This document shows, one piece after another, positions 40,959-47,634 of a stretch of 47,634 bases of DNA. The DNA comes from Eubacteriales bacterium (lineage in GTDB: Bacteria > Bacillota > Clostridia > Christensenellales > Aristaeellaceae): the NCBI GenBank assembly GCA_031554855.1, contig JAVBUY010000188.1, forward strand, positions 1-47,634, in the 5' to 3' direction. The notes under the pieces are model-generated. The model was not told the DNA's origin and searched no databases. It saw only the letters and a program-made list of their open reading frames with translations. Both the position numbers and the translations under genes were made by a program. Position 1 is the first letter of the stretch. The number at the start of each line of letters is the position of its first letter.

Positions 40959-41837
40959 ATGAAGCGTATTTCGGGTGTGCTGATCGGGCTGGTCGCGCTG
41001 GCCGCCATCGCAGTGCTGGTGTTTACCTCGATGGTTTGTATGGTCGACCCTGGCTTTTCCGGCGTGCAGGTGCGCCTAGGCGCGGTGTCCGACAAAGTGC
41101 TGGATTCCGGCTTCCACTTCAAGGATCCCTTCACCAAGGTCGTGCAGATGAGCAACAAGGAGCAAATGCGCCAGCAGGATATGGTGTCCTTCTCCCGCGA
41201 TGTGCAGGAGGTGGCGCTCCAGCTGAATGTGAACTTCCGCCTGAACCGCCCGGCTAGCGCGCAGATGTACAAGGATGTCGGCACCGATTATGTGTCGATC
41301 GTCATGGCTCCTCGCGTGCTGGAGATCACCAAGAATGTGATCGCCGAGTACACCGCCGAGATGATCGTCGCCCAGCGTGAGATCATTTCGCGCAGCATCC
41401 GCGATCAGCTGTCCGCCGAGATGGAGCAGTATGGCATCACGGTGCAGCAGGTGTCGGTTGCCGACGTGGACTTCAACGACGCGTACACCAACGCGGTCGA
41501 GGCCAAGCAGGTGGCGACGCAGAACAAGCTGCAAGCCGCCATCGAGCAGGAGCGCGCGCTGGCCGAGGCCGCCAACCAGCAGGCCCGCGAGAAACTGGCC
41601 GCCGATACGCAGGCGTACCGCGTGCGCCAGGAGGCCGATGCCAACGCTTACTCGATCCAGTCCGAGGCCGAGGCGACCGCCGAAGCCAATCGTAAGATCG
41701 CCGAGAGTCTGACACCCGAGCTAATCGAGTACCAACAGATCCTGCAATGGAACGGCATGCTACCGCAAGTACAGCTGGGCAACGGCGCGGCGGGCGGCAG
41801 CACCGGCGCGGTATCGCCGATTATCGACCTGCGGTAA
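40959..41837 (+). CDS. SPFH/Band 7 (prohibitin/HflC-like) membrane protein
   Basis: An N-terminal TM, then VDPGFSGVQVRLGAV...GFHFKDPFTKVV...ITVQQVSVADVDF and an Ala/Gln/Glu-rich coiled-coil tail. AAAGGAG is upstream. Confidence 0.85.
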   Translation: MKRISGVLIGLVALAAIAVLVFTSMVCMVDPGFSGVQVRLGAVSDKVLDSGFHFKDPFTKVVQMSNKEQMRQQDMVSFSRDVQEVALQLNVNFRLNRPASAQMYKDVGTDYVSIVMAPRVLEITKNVIAEYTAEMIVAQREIISRSIRDQLSAEMEQYGITVQQVSVADVDFNDAYTNAVEAKQVATQNKLQAAIEQERALAEAANQQAREKLAADTQAYRVRQEADANAYSIQSEAEATAEANRKIAESLTPELIEYQQILQWNGMLPQVQLGNGAAGGSTGAVSPIIDLR

Positions 41838-41851
41838 GCCGGTCGCGAAAG

Positions 41852-41883
41852 AAACCCTTCCTATTTATATAGGAGGGGTTTTT
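41852..41883. terminator. Bidirectional terminator (SPFH / SLOG convergent pair)
   Basis: AAACCCTTCCTAT-ttat-ATAGGAGGGGTTTTT. The stop codon of the SLOG gene lies inside the stem. Confidence 0.65.
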
Positions 41884-42214
41884 GCGTCTGCATGAATATT
41901 TGCACGGCTTTCCCCTGCTTTTTCGCGTATTGCAGCGTGCTCTTTGTTCCTCTACTTTGCCCATCCCAAAACGCCAGAATCACATCGGCGCGGTGCACGA
42001 TTTCGCGATTGCGCAGCAGCGGCGCTTGCTTGCCGTACCGATCATACTCCGGCAGGAACTCGACATATGGAATGTGGTGTTTCAGGGCATACGCTCTGGC
42101 ACAGCGATCAATGCCCCGTGCTCCGCCGCTGATGATTTCGTTGGTTTCTTTGGGTAAGAATGAAGCAAACGAAGCGATCTGCAATGTACGAGAGCCGATG
42201 ATAGCGACTTTCAT
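41861..42214 (-). CDS. SLOG-superfamily small protein (DUF2493/YspA-like, DprA-type Rossmann fold)
   Basis: MKVAIIGSR...IISGGARGIDRCARAYA...PLLRNREIVHRADVILAFWDGQSRGTKSTL follows the GGAxGxDxxA...RN...aFxxGxSxGT pattern of DUF2493 (from memory). GC content is visibly lower than in its neighbours. Confidence 0.55.
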   Translation of the reverse strand: MKVAIIGSRTLQIASFASFLPKETNEIISGGARGIDRCARAYALKHHIPYVEFLPEYDRYGKQAPLLRNREIVHRADVILAFWDGQSRGTKSTLQYAKKQGKAVQIFMQTQKPLLYK

Positions 42215-42248
42215 GGCTTTTCCCTTCGGTCGATAAAATAAGGACTAT

Positions 42249-42312
42249 TACATTATAGAATGTATTAGTCTACATGTAAAGATATGTTTTGTCCTAATAT
42301 CTGATGTATACA
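42249..42312. promoter_or_regulatory. Cluster of TACAT/ATGTA palindromes between the SLOG and XRE genes (candidate operators)
   Basis: TACATTATAGAATGTA (42249-42264), TACATGTA (42271-42278) and ATGTATACA (42304-42312), in an AT-rich 118-bp divergent intergenic region. Confidence 0.45.
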
Positions 42313-42332
42313 GGATATGGGGGGCAAGATAT

Positions 42333-42536
42333 ATGATTCGCTTGCGACTGGAAGAAATCTTGCGACAAAAAGGGCGCACGAAATACTGGCTGTACAAGCA
42401 AATGGGCATGAGCTATCAGAACTTTAATCGGATGATCCTCAACGAAACAAAATCCATCAAATATACCAATCTTGAGGCACTCTGTCAGATCCTAGAGTGT
42501 TCACCCAGCGATCTATTTGAATATTGGCCTGAATAA
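42333..42536 (+). CDS. XRE/Cro-type helix-turn-helix transcriptional regulator (HTH_26-like)
   Basis: 67 aa. LRQKGRTKYWLYKQMGMSYQNFNRMILNETKSIKYTNLEALCQILECSPSDLFEY is a typical short Cro/CI HTH. It is AT-rich and divergent from the SLOG gene. Confidence 0.75.
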   Translation: MIRLRLEEILRQKGRTKYWLYKQMGMSYQNFNRMILNETKSIKYTNLEALCQILECSPSDLFEYWPE

Positions 42537-42756
42537 TAGGGAGAAAACACGAATTGGCGAAGGGGACGTTTTGATGTTCCTTTTTGCCAAAAAGGAACCG
42601 AAAAGGGGCAGAATCCCGCCGCGCCTGTGGCGCAAACAGGCGGGATGGTAGCCCAATGAGTGCGAGTCCGAGCGCGAGCTTGCGAGCGGAGGCCGCACGA
42701 ATTGAGGAGTACCCGGGCGCACAGCCTTTGGGTCTTTCGGCACGAAAGAACACCGC

Positions 42757-42807
42757 GTCATCCCGCGCAAGGAATAAAAAGATTCCTCGGCTTTGCCTCG
42801 CAATGAC
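42757..42807 (+). repeat. Family-2 palindromic unit
   Basis: GTCATCCCGCGCAAGGAAT-aaaaag-ATTCCTCGGCTTTGCCTCGCAATGAC shares the GTCATNCCG...GA(G/A)GAAT arm motif with 29862-29888 and 23199-23235. Confidence 0.55.
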
Positions 42808-42876
42808 AACCGGCCTTCCCTCCGCCGTGTCACTCCAAAGCAAATCCAAGGAATCTTTTCTCGTTTCTTCCTATCG

Positions 42877-44442
42877 CTACATCAACGGCGCGAACAACCT
42901 AAACACTGGTTGCAAGGCCTTGACGTACCACTTTCTGTTTTCCCATGCCGTCAGCTGGATCTCCTCGCAGGCGGCCAACGTCGTCTCGATATCCTGATGC
43001 ACGGTCTTGGGCATCTCGCCGCCGGTGAACAGCACGCCGCACTCATAGTGCAGATTGAACGACCGATAGTCCATGTTGATGGTGCCCACTGTGGCCAGCG
43101 TCTGGTCGCAGGCCATCATCTTCGCATGAATAAAGCCCGGCGTGTACTCATAGACGCGCACCCCGGCGCGGATCAGCTCGCCATAAAACGACTGGCTGAC
43201 CAGGTGCACATACCAGTGATCCGGGATGTGCGGCAGGATCAGCCGGACATCGACGCCGCTCTGCGCTGCGGTGCACAGCGTGTCGAGCAGGATGTCGTCG
43301 ATGATCAGATACGGCGTAGTCGCGTAGAGCGTGTGCTGTGCCGCGCTGATCACCTGCCGATAGATGCTCTCGGCGGGATTGTTGGGGTTGTTGTGCGGGC
43401 CATCCTCATAGGGCTGCACAAAGCCGGGCGCATTGTCCTGCGGCTTGGGCGCTGGCACGGTCAGTGGCGGCTCTCCCTTGCTCAGCGCCTCCCACATATG
43501 CGCGAAGAACGCGGTCAGCCCGCGCGCGCCGGGGCCTTCCAGCCGGACGCCGGTGTCCTTCCAGTGCCCGTGCTTGGGGTACAGGTTCGCGTACTCGTCG
43601 CCGATGTTGATGCCGCCGGTGTACGCAATCTGCCCATCGATGATCACGATCTTGCGATGATCGCGATAGTTTAGGTACAGCTGATGCGTGTAGTTGTGCA
43701 CAGGGTTGAACACGCGCACCTGGATGCCCGCGCTGTGCAGTCTCTCTAAAAACGCGCGGTCGGTGGTGGGCAGCGAGCCCATGTCGTCATACATCAGGCG
43801 CACCTGCACGCCCTCGGCCGCCTTGCGCGCCATCACATCGAAGAACCGCTCGAATACTTCGCCGTTGAACACGATGAAAAACTCGATATGGATGAACGCC
43901 TTTGCCTGTTCCATATCCGCCAGCATTGCGTCGAACACCTGCTCGCCCAGCGCGTAGAAAGAGGTCTTGGTGTTCTGGTAAATCGCAAAGCCCTGATTGG
44001 ACAAATAGCGCGCCATGCGCTGCCCCTGCGGAATTTGCTCGGTGAGCTGCGCCAGCGCCGCAGGATTCAGCGGAGCCTGCTCGGTGCGGCGAGGCACCAT
44101 GGCCATCAGCCGCTTGCCCAGCGCGTTACGGCCGGTGCCGCGCCCCCACAGCAGGTAGAGCGCCAGCCCGAACACGCCGAGCAGCAGCACCACCAGCACC
44201 CACGCATAGCGTGAGGTGGCGTCCTCCTGCGCGCTAATCAACGCCACGATGATCACGCCGCTCAAAATCTCCAGCAGCATGTAGACCGCTACTGCGTAGT
44301 TCTGCAAAAAGCGGATAAAAAGCGCACACAATCCTATCTGAAACAGAACCATCATCGCGACCAGCACAATGCGGATAATCGCCGCCCATGGCGGCGGCGC
44401 CTTGCGCTCCCTAGTATTTACCATTTCTTGCGGCTGTTTCAT
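42877..44442 (-). CDS. cls: Cardiolipin synthase (PLD superfamily, two HKD motifs)
   Basis: Two N-terminal TM helices, with HKD motifs HRKIVIIDG...GGINIGDEY and HAKMMACD...GTINMDYRS. ATG 44442 is 5 nt after GGAGGAA. The track ORF's 167-aa upstream extension is rejected. Confidence 0.9.
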   Translation of the reverse strand: MKQPQEMVNTRERKAPPPWAAIIRIVLVAMMVLFQIGLCALFIRFLQNYAVAVYMLLEILSGVIIVALISAQEDATSRYAWVLVVLLLGVFGLALYLLWGRGTGRNALGKRLMAMVPRRTEQAPLNPAALAQLTEQIPQGQRMARYLSNQGFAIYQNTKTSFYALGEQVFDAMLADMEQAKAFIHIEFFIVFNGEVFERFFDVMARKAAEGVQVRLMYDDMGSLPTTDRAFLERLHSAGIQVRVFNPVHNYTHQLYLNYRDHRKIVIIDGQIAYTGGINIGDEYANLYPKHGHWKDTGVRLEGPGARGLTAFFAHMWEALSKGEPPLTVPAPKPQDNAPGFVQPYEDGPHNNPNNPAESIYRQVISAAQHTLYATTPYLIIDDILLDTLCTAAQSGVDVRLILPHIPDHWYVHLVSQSFYGELIRAGVRVYEYTPGFIHAKMMACDQTLATVGTINMDYRSFNLHYECGVLFTGGEMPKTVHQDIETTLAACEEIQLTAWENRKWYVKALQPVFRLFAPLM

Positions 44443-44570
44443 TGGCTTTCCTCCGTGCTTGAAATCAACTATGTCATTATATCTATTGTACGCGTAATTT
44501 ATCCGCATTGTCAATGCGAAAAGCCACCACATTTTTCCGCTTTTTTCTCGTTTTTTTGCAAAGATTATAC

Positions 44571-44599
44571 TTGACAAACTTCCTGTTCGAACATATAAT
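44571..44599 (+). promoter_or_regulatory. Consensus sigma-A promoter of feoAB
   Basis: TTGACA (44571-44576), a 17-nt spacer, then TATAAT (44594-44599). T-tracts lie upstream (44531-44558). Confidence 0.65.
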
Positions 44600-44618
44600 G
44601 TTAGCGCGGGATAACATT
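44597..44618. promoter_or_regulatory. Inverted repeat AATGTTA-N8-TAACATT overlapping the feo -10/+1 (candidate metal-regulator operator)
   Basis: Read directly. The arms are 44597-44603 and 44612-44618. Confidence 0.4.
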
Positions 44619-44677
44619 TCGGCCGGATGTGTCCCGCACCATGTGATTCCCCCACAAATCCCACGGAGGTGTCCGAC

Positions 44678-44890
44678 ATGCCGCTAAGCCAAAGCCCGCT
44701 GGGCAAAGAGGTAACCATCAAGGAATGCGATCTGCCACAGGAACTGCGCCGCAAGCTGAGCACGATGGGCATTCTGCCCGGCGCGCGCATCACGCCGCTG
44801 CGCGCCTCGCACGGCAACCTGGTATTGTGTGTTTGCGACGGCCGCCTAGCCATCGACAATGGATTGGCGCAGCGCATTACCGTCGCGTGA
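44678..44890 (+). CDS. feoA: FeoA family ferrous iron transport protein
   Basis: 70-aa SH3-like FeoA pattern (LGKEVTIKEC...LSTMGILPGARITPL). GGAGG lies 8 nt upstream. It sits directly upstream of feoB. Confidence 0.85.
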   Translation: MPLSQSPLGKEVTIKECDLPQELRRKLSTMGILPGARITPLRASHGNLVLCVCDGRLAIDNGLAQRITVA

Positions 44891-44924
44891 CAAAAGCTGA
44901 ATGATCCAAAAAAGGAGTATCCGT

Positions 44925-47006
44925 ATGCCTTTACGATTTGCACTCGCTGGCAACCCCAATAGCGGCAAAACGACGCTGTTTAACGAGCTGACCGGCGCAA
45001 CCGCCCATGTGGGCAATTGGCCGGGCGTCACCATCGACCGCAAGGAAGGCGCGATCCGCGGCATGACCGAGGAGTCCATCCTGGTCGATCTGCCCGGCAT
45101 CTACTCGCTGTCGCCCTACACACCGGAGGAAGTGGTTTCCCGCAATTATTTGGTTACTGAAAAACCTGACGCGATCATCAACATCGTGGATGCGACCAAC
45201 CTGGCGCGCAACCTGTACCTAACCACTCAGCTGATGGAGCTGGACATTCCGGTGGTCATCGCGCTGAACATGAGCGACGAGGTGAAGCGGCGCGGCGATA
45301 CCATCGACACACAGGCGCTGTCCGAACTGCTGGGCGTGCCGGTGGTGTCGATTTCGGCGCTCAAGGGCGAGGGCATGCAGGCGCTGGCCACTGAGCTGGT
45401 GCGCGTCGCCAGGGAAGGCCGCCACGGCTATAACATCCTGGATACTTCGGTGCTGGGGCCGTCGCTGAACACCGTGCGCGAGGCGCTGGACGGCATCGAC
45501 TACCCATCGGCGCACTTTCACGCGGTTAAGCTGCTGGAGAACGACCGCCTGACCACCGCCGATCCGCGCCTATCGGGCGTGATGGCGACGGTGTTAGAGG
45601 CCCAAAAAGCCGCGCAGGCCGCGCTGCCCACCGATGAAAACCCAGAGAGCGCCATCGCCGCGCTGCGCTACCGCTGGATCGCCGCGCATGCGCAGTCGCT
45701 GGTGCGGCTGAACAAGCCCAGCATGCTCAGTACCCTGTCCGATAAGATTGACGGCATCCTGACGCATCGGATCCTCGGTCTGCCCATCTTCCTGGGCTTT
45801 ATGTTCCTCATGTTCCACCTAACCTTCGGCGAGACGCTCTTTGGCACGAATATCCCAGGCCCCGGCGTATGGCTGCAAGGGCTCACCGAGGTTCCCATCG
45901 GCTGGCTGGCCGACTGGGTCACCGGCCTATTGACCGCCGCAGGCGCGTCGCCGTGGGTATTCGGTCTGCTGGTCGATGGCATTATCTCCGGCGTGGGCGC
46001 GGTGCTATCTTTCGTGCCACAGATCATGATGCTCTTCCTGTTCCTCTCCATCCTGGAGGACTCGGGCTATATGTCCCGCGCCGCGTACATCATGGATCGG
46101 CTGCTGCGTCGTTTCGGATTGTCCGGCCGCGCGTTTTTGCCGATGCTGATGGGCTTTGGCTGCTCTGTGCCCGCCTTCATGGGCACGCGCACGCTGGAGA
46201 CCGAGAAGGATCGGCGCATGACCATGATCATGATCCCCTACATGTCCTGCGGCGCGAAGGCCCCGATCTGGGCGATCTTTGCCGCCGCGCTGTTCCCGAA
46301 AAACGCCGACTTCGTGGTATTCGGCATCTACCTGTTGGGCATCCTGACTGCGGTGGTTTCCGCGCTGATTCTAAAGCGCACGCTGTTCAAGGCCGAGGCC
46401 GTGCCGCTCATTATCGAGCTGCCCACCTACCGCTGGCCAAAGTTCAAGAACACCGTGCTGCTGATGTGGGAGAAGCTCAAAGAGTACGTCGGCCGCGCTG
46501 GCACGATCATCCTGCTGTCCACCATCGTGATCTGGTTCCTGTCCTCCTTCACGTGGGGGCTGAAGATGGTGGACGCCAACGACGCGTCCAGCATGTTGGG
46601 CACGATCGGCAATGCGATCCGCTGGTTCTTCGTCCCGCTGGGCTTTGCGTCCGGCCCGGATGGCTGGAAGGCTTCGGTGGCCATCCTGACCGGTCTGCTC
46701 GCCAAGGAGGCGGTGGTCTCCACGCTGGGCGTGCTGTATAACCCCGGTCTCGGCGGCGACGCACTCGAGGACGAAGGCGCGCACACCGCGCTGCTGGCTT
46801 CACTGGCCGCCAGTTTTTCCCCGCTGGCCGCGCTGAGCTACATGGCGTTCAACCTGCTGTCCATCCCATGCATGGCCGCGGTGGCCGCGATGCGCGCCGA
46901 GATGCGCAGCGCCAAGTGGACCGCAATCACCATCGGCATCTGGGTGGGCACCGCCTGGATCGTATCGTTCCTGATCTACAATGTGGGTCGCCTGCTCGGA
47001 TTCTAA
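44925..47006 (+). CDS. feoB: Ferrous iron transporter FeoB
   Basis: N-terminal G-domain (FALAGNPNSGKTTLFN, DLPGIYSL, NMSD) followed by the gate/nucleoside-recognition membrane domains. AAGGAG is upstream of ATG 44925. Confidence 0.93.
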   Translation: MPLRFALAGNPNSGKTTLFNELTGATAHVGNWPGVTIDRKEGAIRGMTEESILVDLPGIYSLSPYTPEEVVSRNYLVTEKPDAIINIVDATNLARNLYLTTQLMELDIPVVIALNMSDEVKRRGDTIDTQALSELLGVPVVSISALKGEGMQALATELVRVAREGRHGYNILDTSVLGPSLNTVREALDGIDYPSAHFHAVKLLENDRLTTADPRLSGVMATVLEAQKAAQAALPTDENPESAIAALRYRWIAAHAQSLVRLNKPSMLSTLSDKIDGILTHRILGLPIFLGFMFLMFHLTFGETLFGTNIPGPGVWLQGLTEVPIGWLADWVTGLLTAAGASPWVFGLLVDGIISGVGAVLSFVPQIMMLFLFLSILEDSGYMSRAAYIMDRLLRRFGLSGRAFLPMLMGFGCSVPAFMGTRTLETEKDRRMTMIMIPYMSCGAKAPIWAIFAAALFPKNADFVVFGIYLLGILTAVVSALILKRTLFKAEAVPLIIELPTYRWPKFKNTVLLMWEKLKEYVGRAGTIILLSTIVIWFLSSFTWGLKMVDANDASSMLGTIGNAIRWFFVPLGFASGPDGWKASVAILTGLLAKEAVVSTLGVLYNPGLGGDALEDEGAHTALLASLAASFSPLAALSYMAFNLLSIPCMAAVAAMRAEMRSAKWTAITIGIWVGTAWIVSFLIYNVGRLLGF

Positions 47007-47033
47007 TCTGCCCTTTCCAAAGGAGGTTTTTCC

Positions 47034-47207
47034 ATGCCGTTCGTGGATATCGCCGTCATCGTCGCGCTGGTCGCGGTCGCCGCTTGGGTCATCTTTCGCG
47101 CCATCCGAAAGCGCAAGGACGCCCAGGCCAATCCCTTTGGCTGCGCCGGTGGCTGTTGCGGCTGCACAGGCTGCCCGTCCGGGCGGCCGGACGAAGCGAA
47201 AAAGTAA
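47034..47207 (+). CDS. FeoB-associated Cys-rich small membrane protein (57 aa, absent from the ORF track)
   Basis: Read directly from the sequence: MPFVDIAVIVALVAVAAWVIFRAIRKRKDAQANPFGCAGGCCGCTGCPSGRPDEAKK, one TM helix plus a CxxxCCxCxxC cluster. AGGAGG is 7 nt upstream, and a terminator follows immediately. Confidence 0.75.
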   Translation: MPFVDIAVIVALVAVAAWVIFRAIRKRKDAQANPFGCAGGCCGCTGCPSGRPDEAKK

Positions 47208-47220
47208 GCCATCTGCCCGC

Positions 47221-47256
47221 GCGCGAAGAGGGATGTTTCCCCCTTCGCGCTTTTTT
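47221..47256 (+). terminator. Rho-independent terminator after the feo operon
   Basis: GCGCGAAGaGGG-atgtttc-CCCCTTCGCGC followed by TTTTTT. Confidence 0.75.
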
Positions 47257-47266
47257 GTCGCTTTGG

Positions 47267-47295
47267 TTGGCAATACCGCTTTCCCATGCTATAAT
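47267..47295 (+). promoter_or_regulatory. Candidate promoter of the MFS gene
   Basis: TTGGCA (47267-47272), a 17-nt spacer, then TGcTATAAT (hexamer 47290-47295). Confidence 0.55.
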
Positions 47296-47334
47296 GTGAA
47301 AGTTCGCATCCCCATCAACCAGATTGGAGCATCC

Positions 47335-47634
47335 ATGCACGACACAACCGCGCGCAACGACCGGACGCTGTACCTCTGCTGCCTGTATCTGTACATGGCG
47401 CTGGGCATGCTGGTGCTCACCACCAACGCGGTGCTGTCCAGCATCATTGCAGAAAATGGCTGGCTGGACTGGCAGGGCGGCCTGTTGGTCACGCTGCAAT
47501 CCACCGGGTCGATCGTCGCTTCGCTGGGCGCGGGGCTGCTGCTCTCCCGCTTTGGCCGCAAAAGCACGCTGCTCCTCAGCCTGGTGCTGGGTTTCATCGG
47601 GTTTGCCGGGGTGGCGCTGGCGCCCACACCGTTC
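47335..47634 (+). CDS. MFS transporter, N-terminal part (cut by window edge)
   Basis: MHDTTARNDRTLYLCCLYLYMALGMLVL...GSIVASLGAGLLLSRFGRKSTLL contains the MFS motif A-like GxLxxRxGRK. It is preceded by a near-consensus promoter. Confidence 0.7.
   Translation, partial: MHDTTARNDRTLYLCCLYLYMALGMLVLTTNAVLSSIIAENGWLDWQGGLLVTLQSTGSIVASLGAGLLLSRFGRKSTLLLSLVLGFIGFAGVALAPTPF

Noticed and set aside
40547-41257. Track ORFs 40547..40834, 40564..40962 and 40838..41257 in and beyond the rnj upstream region
   Set aside because: They have no SD, mutually overlapping frames and no family resemblance. The last one overlaps the well-supported SPFH gene out of frame. The region is interpreted as the rnj leader and promoter.
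42457-42997. Track ORFs 42457..42849 (-), 42513..42833 (-) and 42584..42997 (+) in the XRE-cls spacer
   Set aside because: They read straight through palindromes in both directions and have no SD and low-complexity Arg/Ser/Pro composition. They are treated as noncoding repeat DNA.
44560-44677. Canonical Fur box at the feoAB promoter
   Set aside because: No convincing match to GATAATGATAATCATTATC or a 7-1-7 TGATAAT..ATTATCA site was seen. Only a different inverted repeat is present, and it is reported separately.
1-47634. tRNA, rRNA, tmRNA, RNase P, SRP RNA, T-box and mobile-element genes (transposase, integrase, RT)
   Set aside because: I scanned the intergenic regions by eye for hallmark strings (for example GGTTCGAATCC-type T-arms, AGGAAAGTCC, CCGGAAGG and the T-box GGTGGTACCGCG) and found none. 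No ORF resembles a transposase or integrase. This is a negative result from visual inspection only.

Overview
GC-rich chromosomal segment (about 60% GC or more by eye, not computed). The gene content and the strong GGAGG-type ribosome-binding sites look like a Firmicutes/Clostridia-type bacterium; this taxon call is inference only. I support 41 protein-coding genes, including one CDS of 57 aa that is missing from the ORF track and two genes cut by the window edges. They are: an Opp/Dpp-type peptide ABC transporter with a divergently transcribed binding protein; a CcdA/TlpA thiol-disulfide pair; a DUF11-repeat surface protein next to a polytopic membrane protein and an amidase-domain protein; a uxuA gene carrying one in-frame TAA; a fused homocysteine S-methyltransferase/MTHFR; two tandem DUF155 (RMD1/YagE) paralogs; a parvulin+SH3-like+cyclophilin PPIase fusion; GH36 and GH65 enzymes and beta-phosphoglucomutase; exonuclease III; a 1077-aa multidomain secreted protein; a TelA/PTP/TM2 cluster; a degenerate-GGDEF membrane protein; RNase J with a long Q/N/P-rich N-terminal extension; an SPFH protein; a small low-GC islet (SLOG/DUF2493 + XRE HTH); cardiolipin synthase; and feoA-feoB with a Cys-rich FeoB-associated peptide. 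I saw no rRNA, tRNA, CRISPR array, transposase, integrase or reverse transcriptase. I could not run Rfam or tRNA scans, so small RNAs cannot be excluded. The signals least explained by ordinary annotation are noncoding. Two different repeat elements each sit between two near-identical copies of a terminator hairpin, which looks like insertion into a bidirectional terminator. A 122-125 bp repeat family with terminal inverted repeats brackets the methionine-cycle gene. There is also a 'GTCATNCCG...GAGGAAT' palindromic unit family, a tandem array of five GC-rich hairpins, and a 340-bp hairpin-dense spacer beside the low-GC islet. No complete, recognisable novel multi-gene system (for example a defence system) can be demonstrated from sequence alone, and candidates are ranked honestly below. 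Noncoding coordinates were anchored to ORF-track boundaries.
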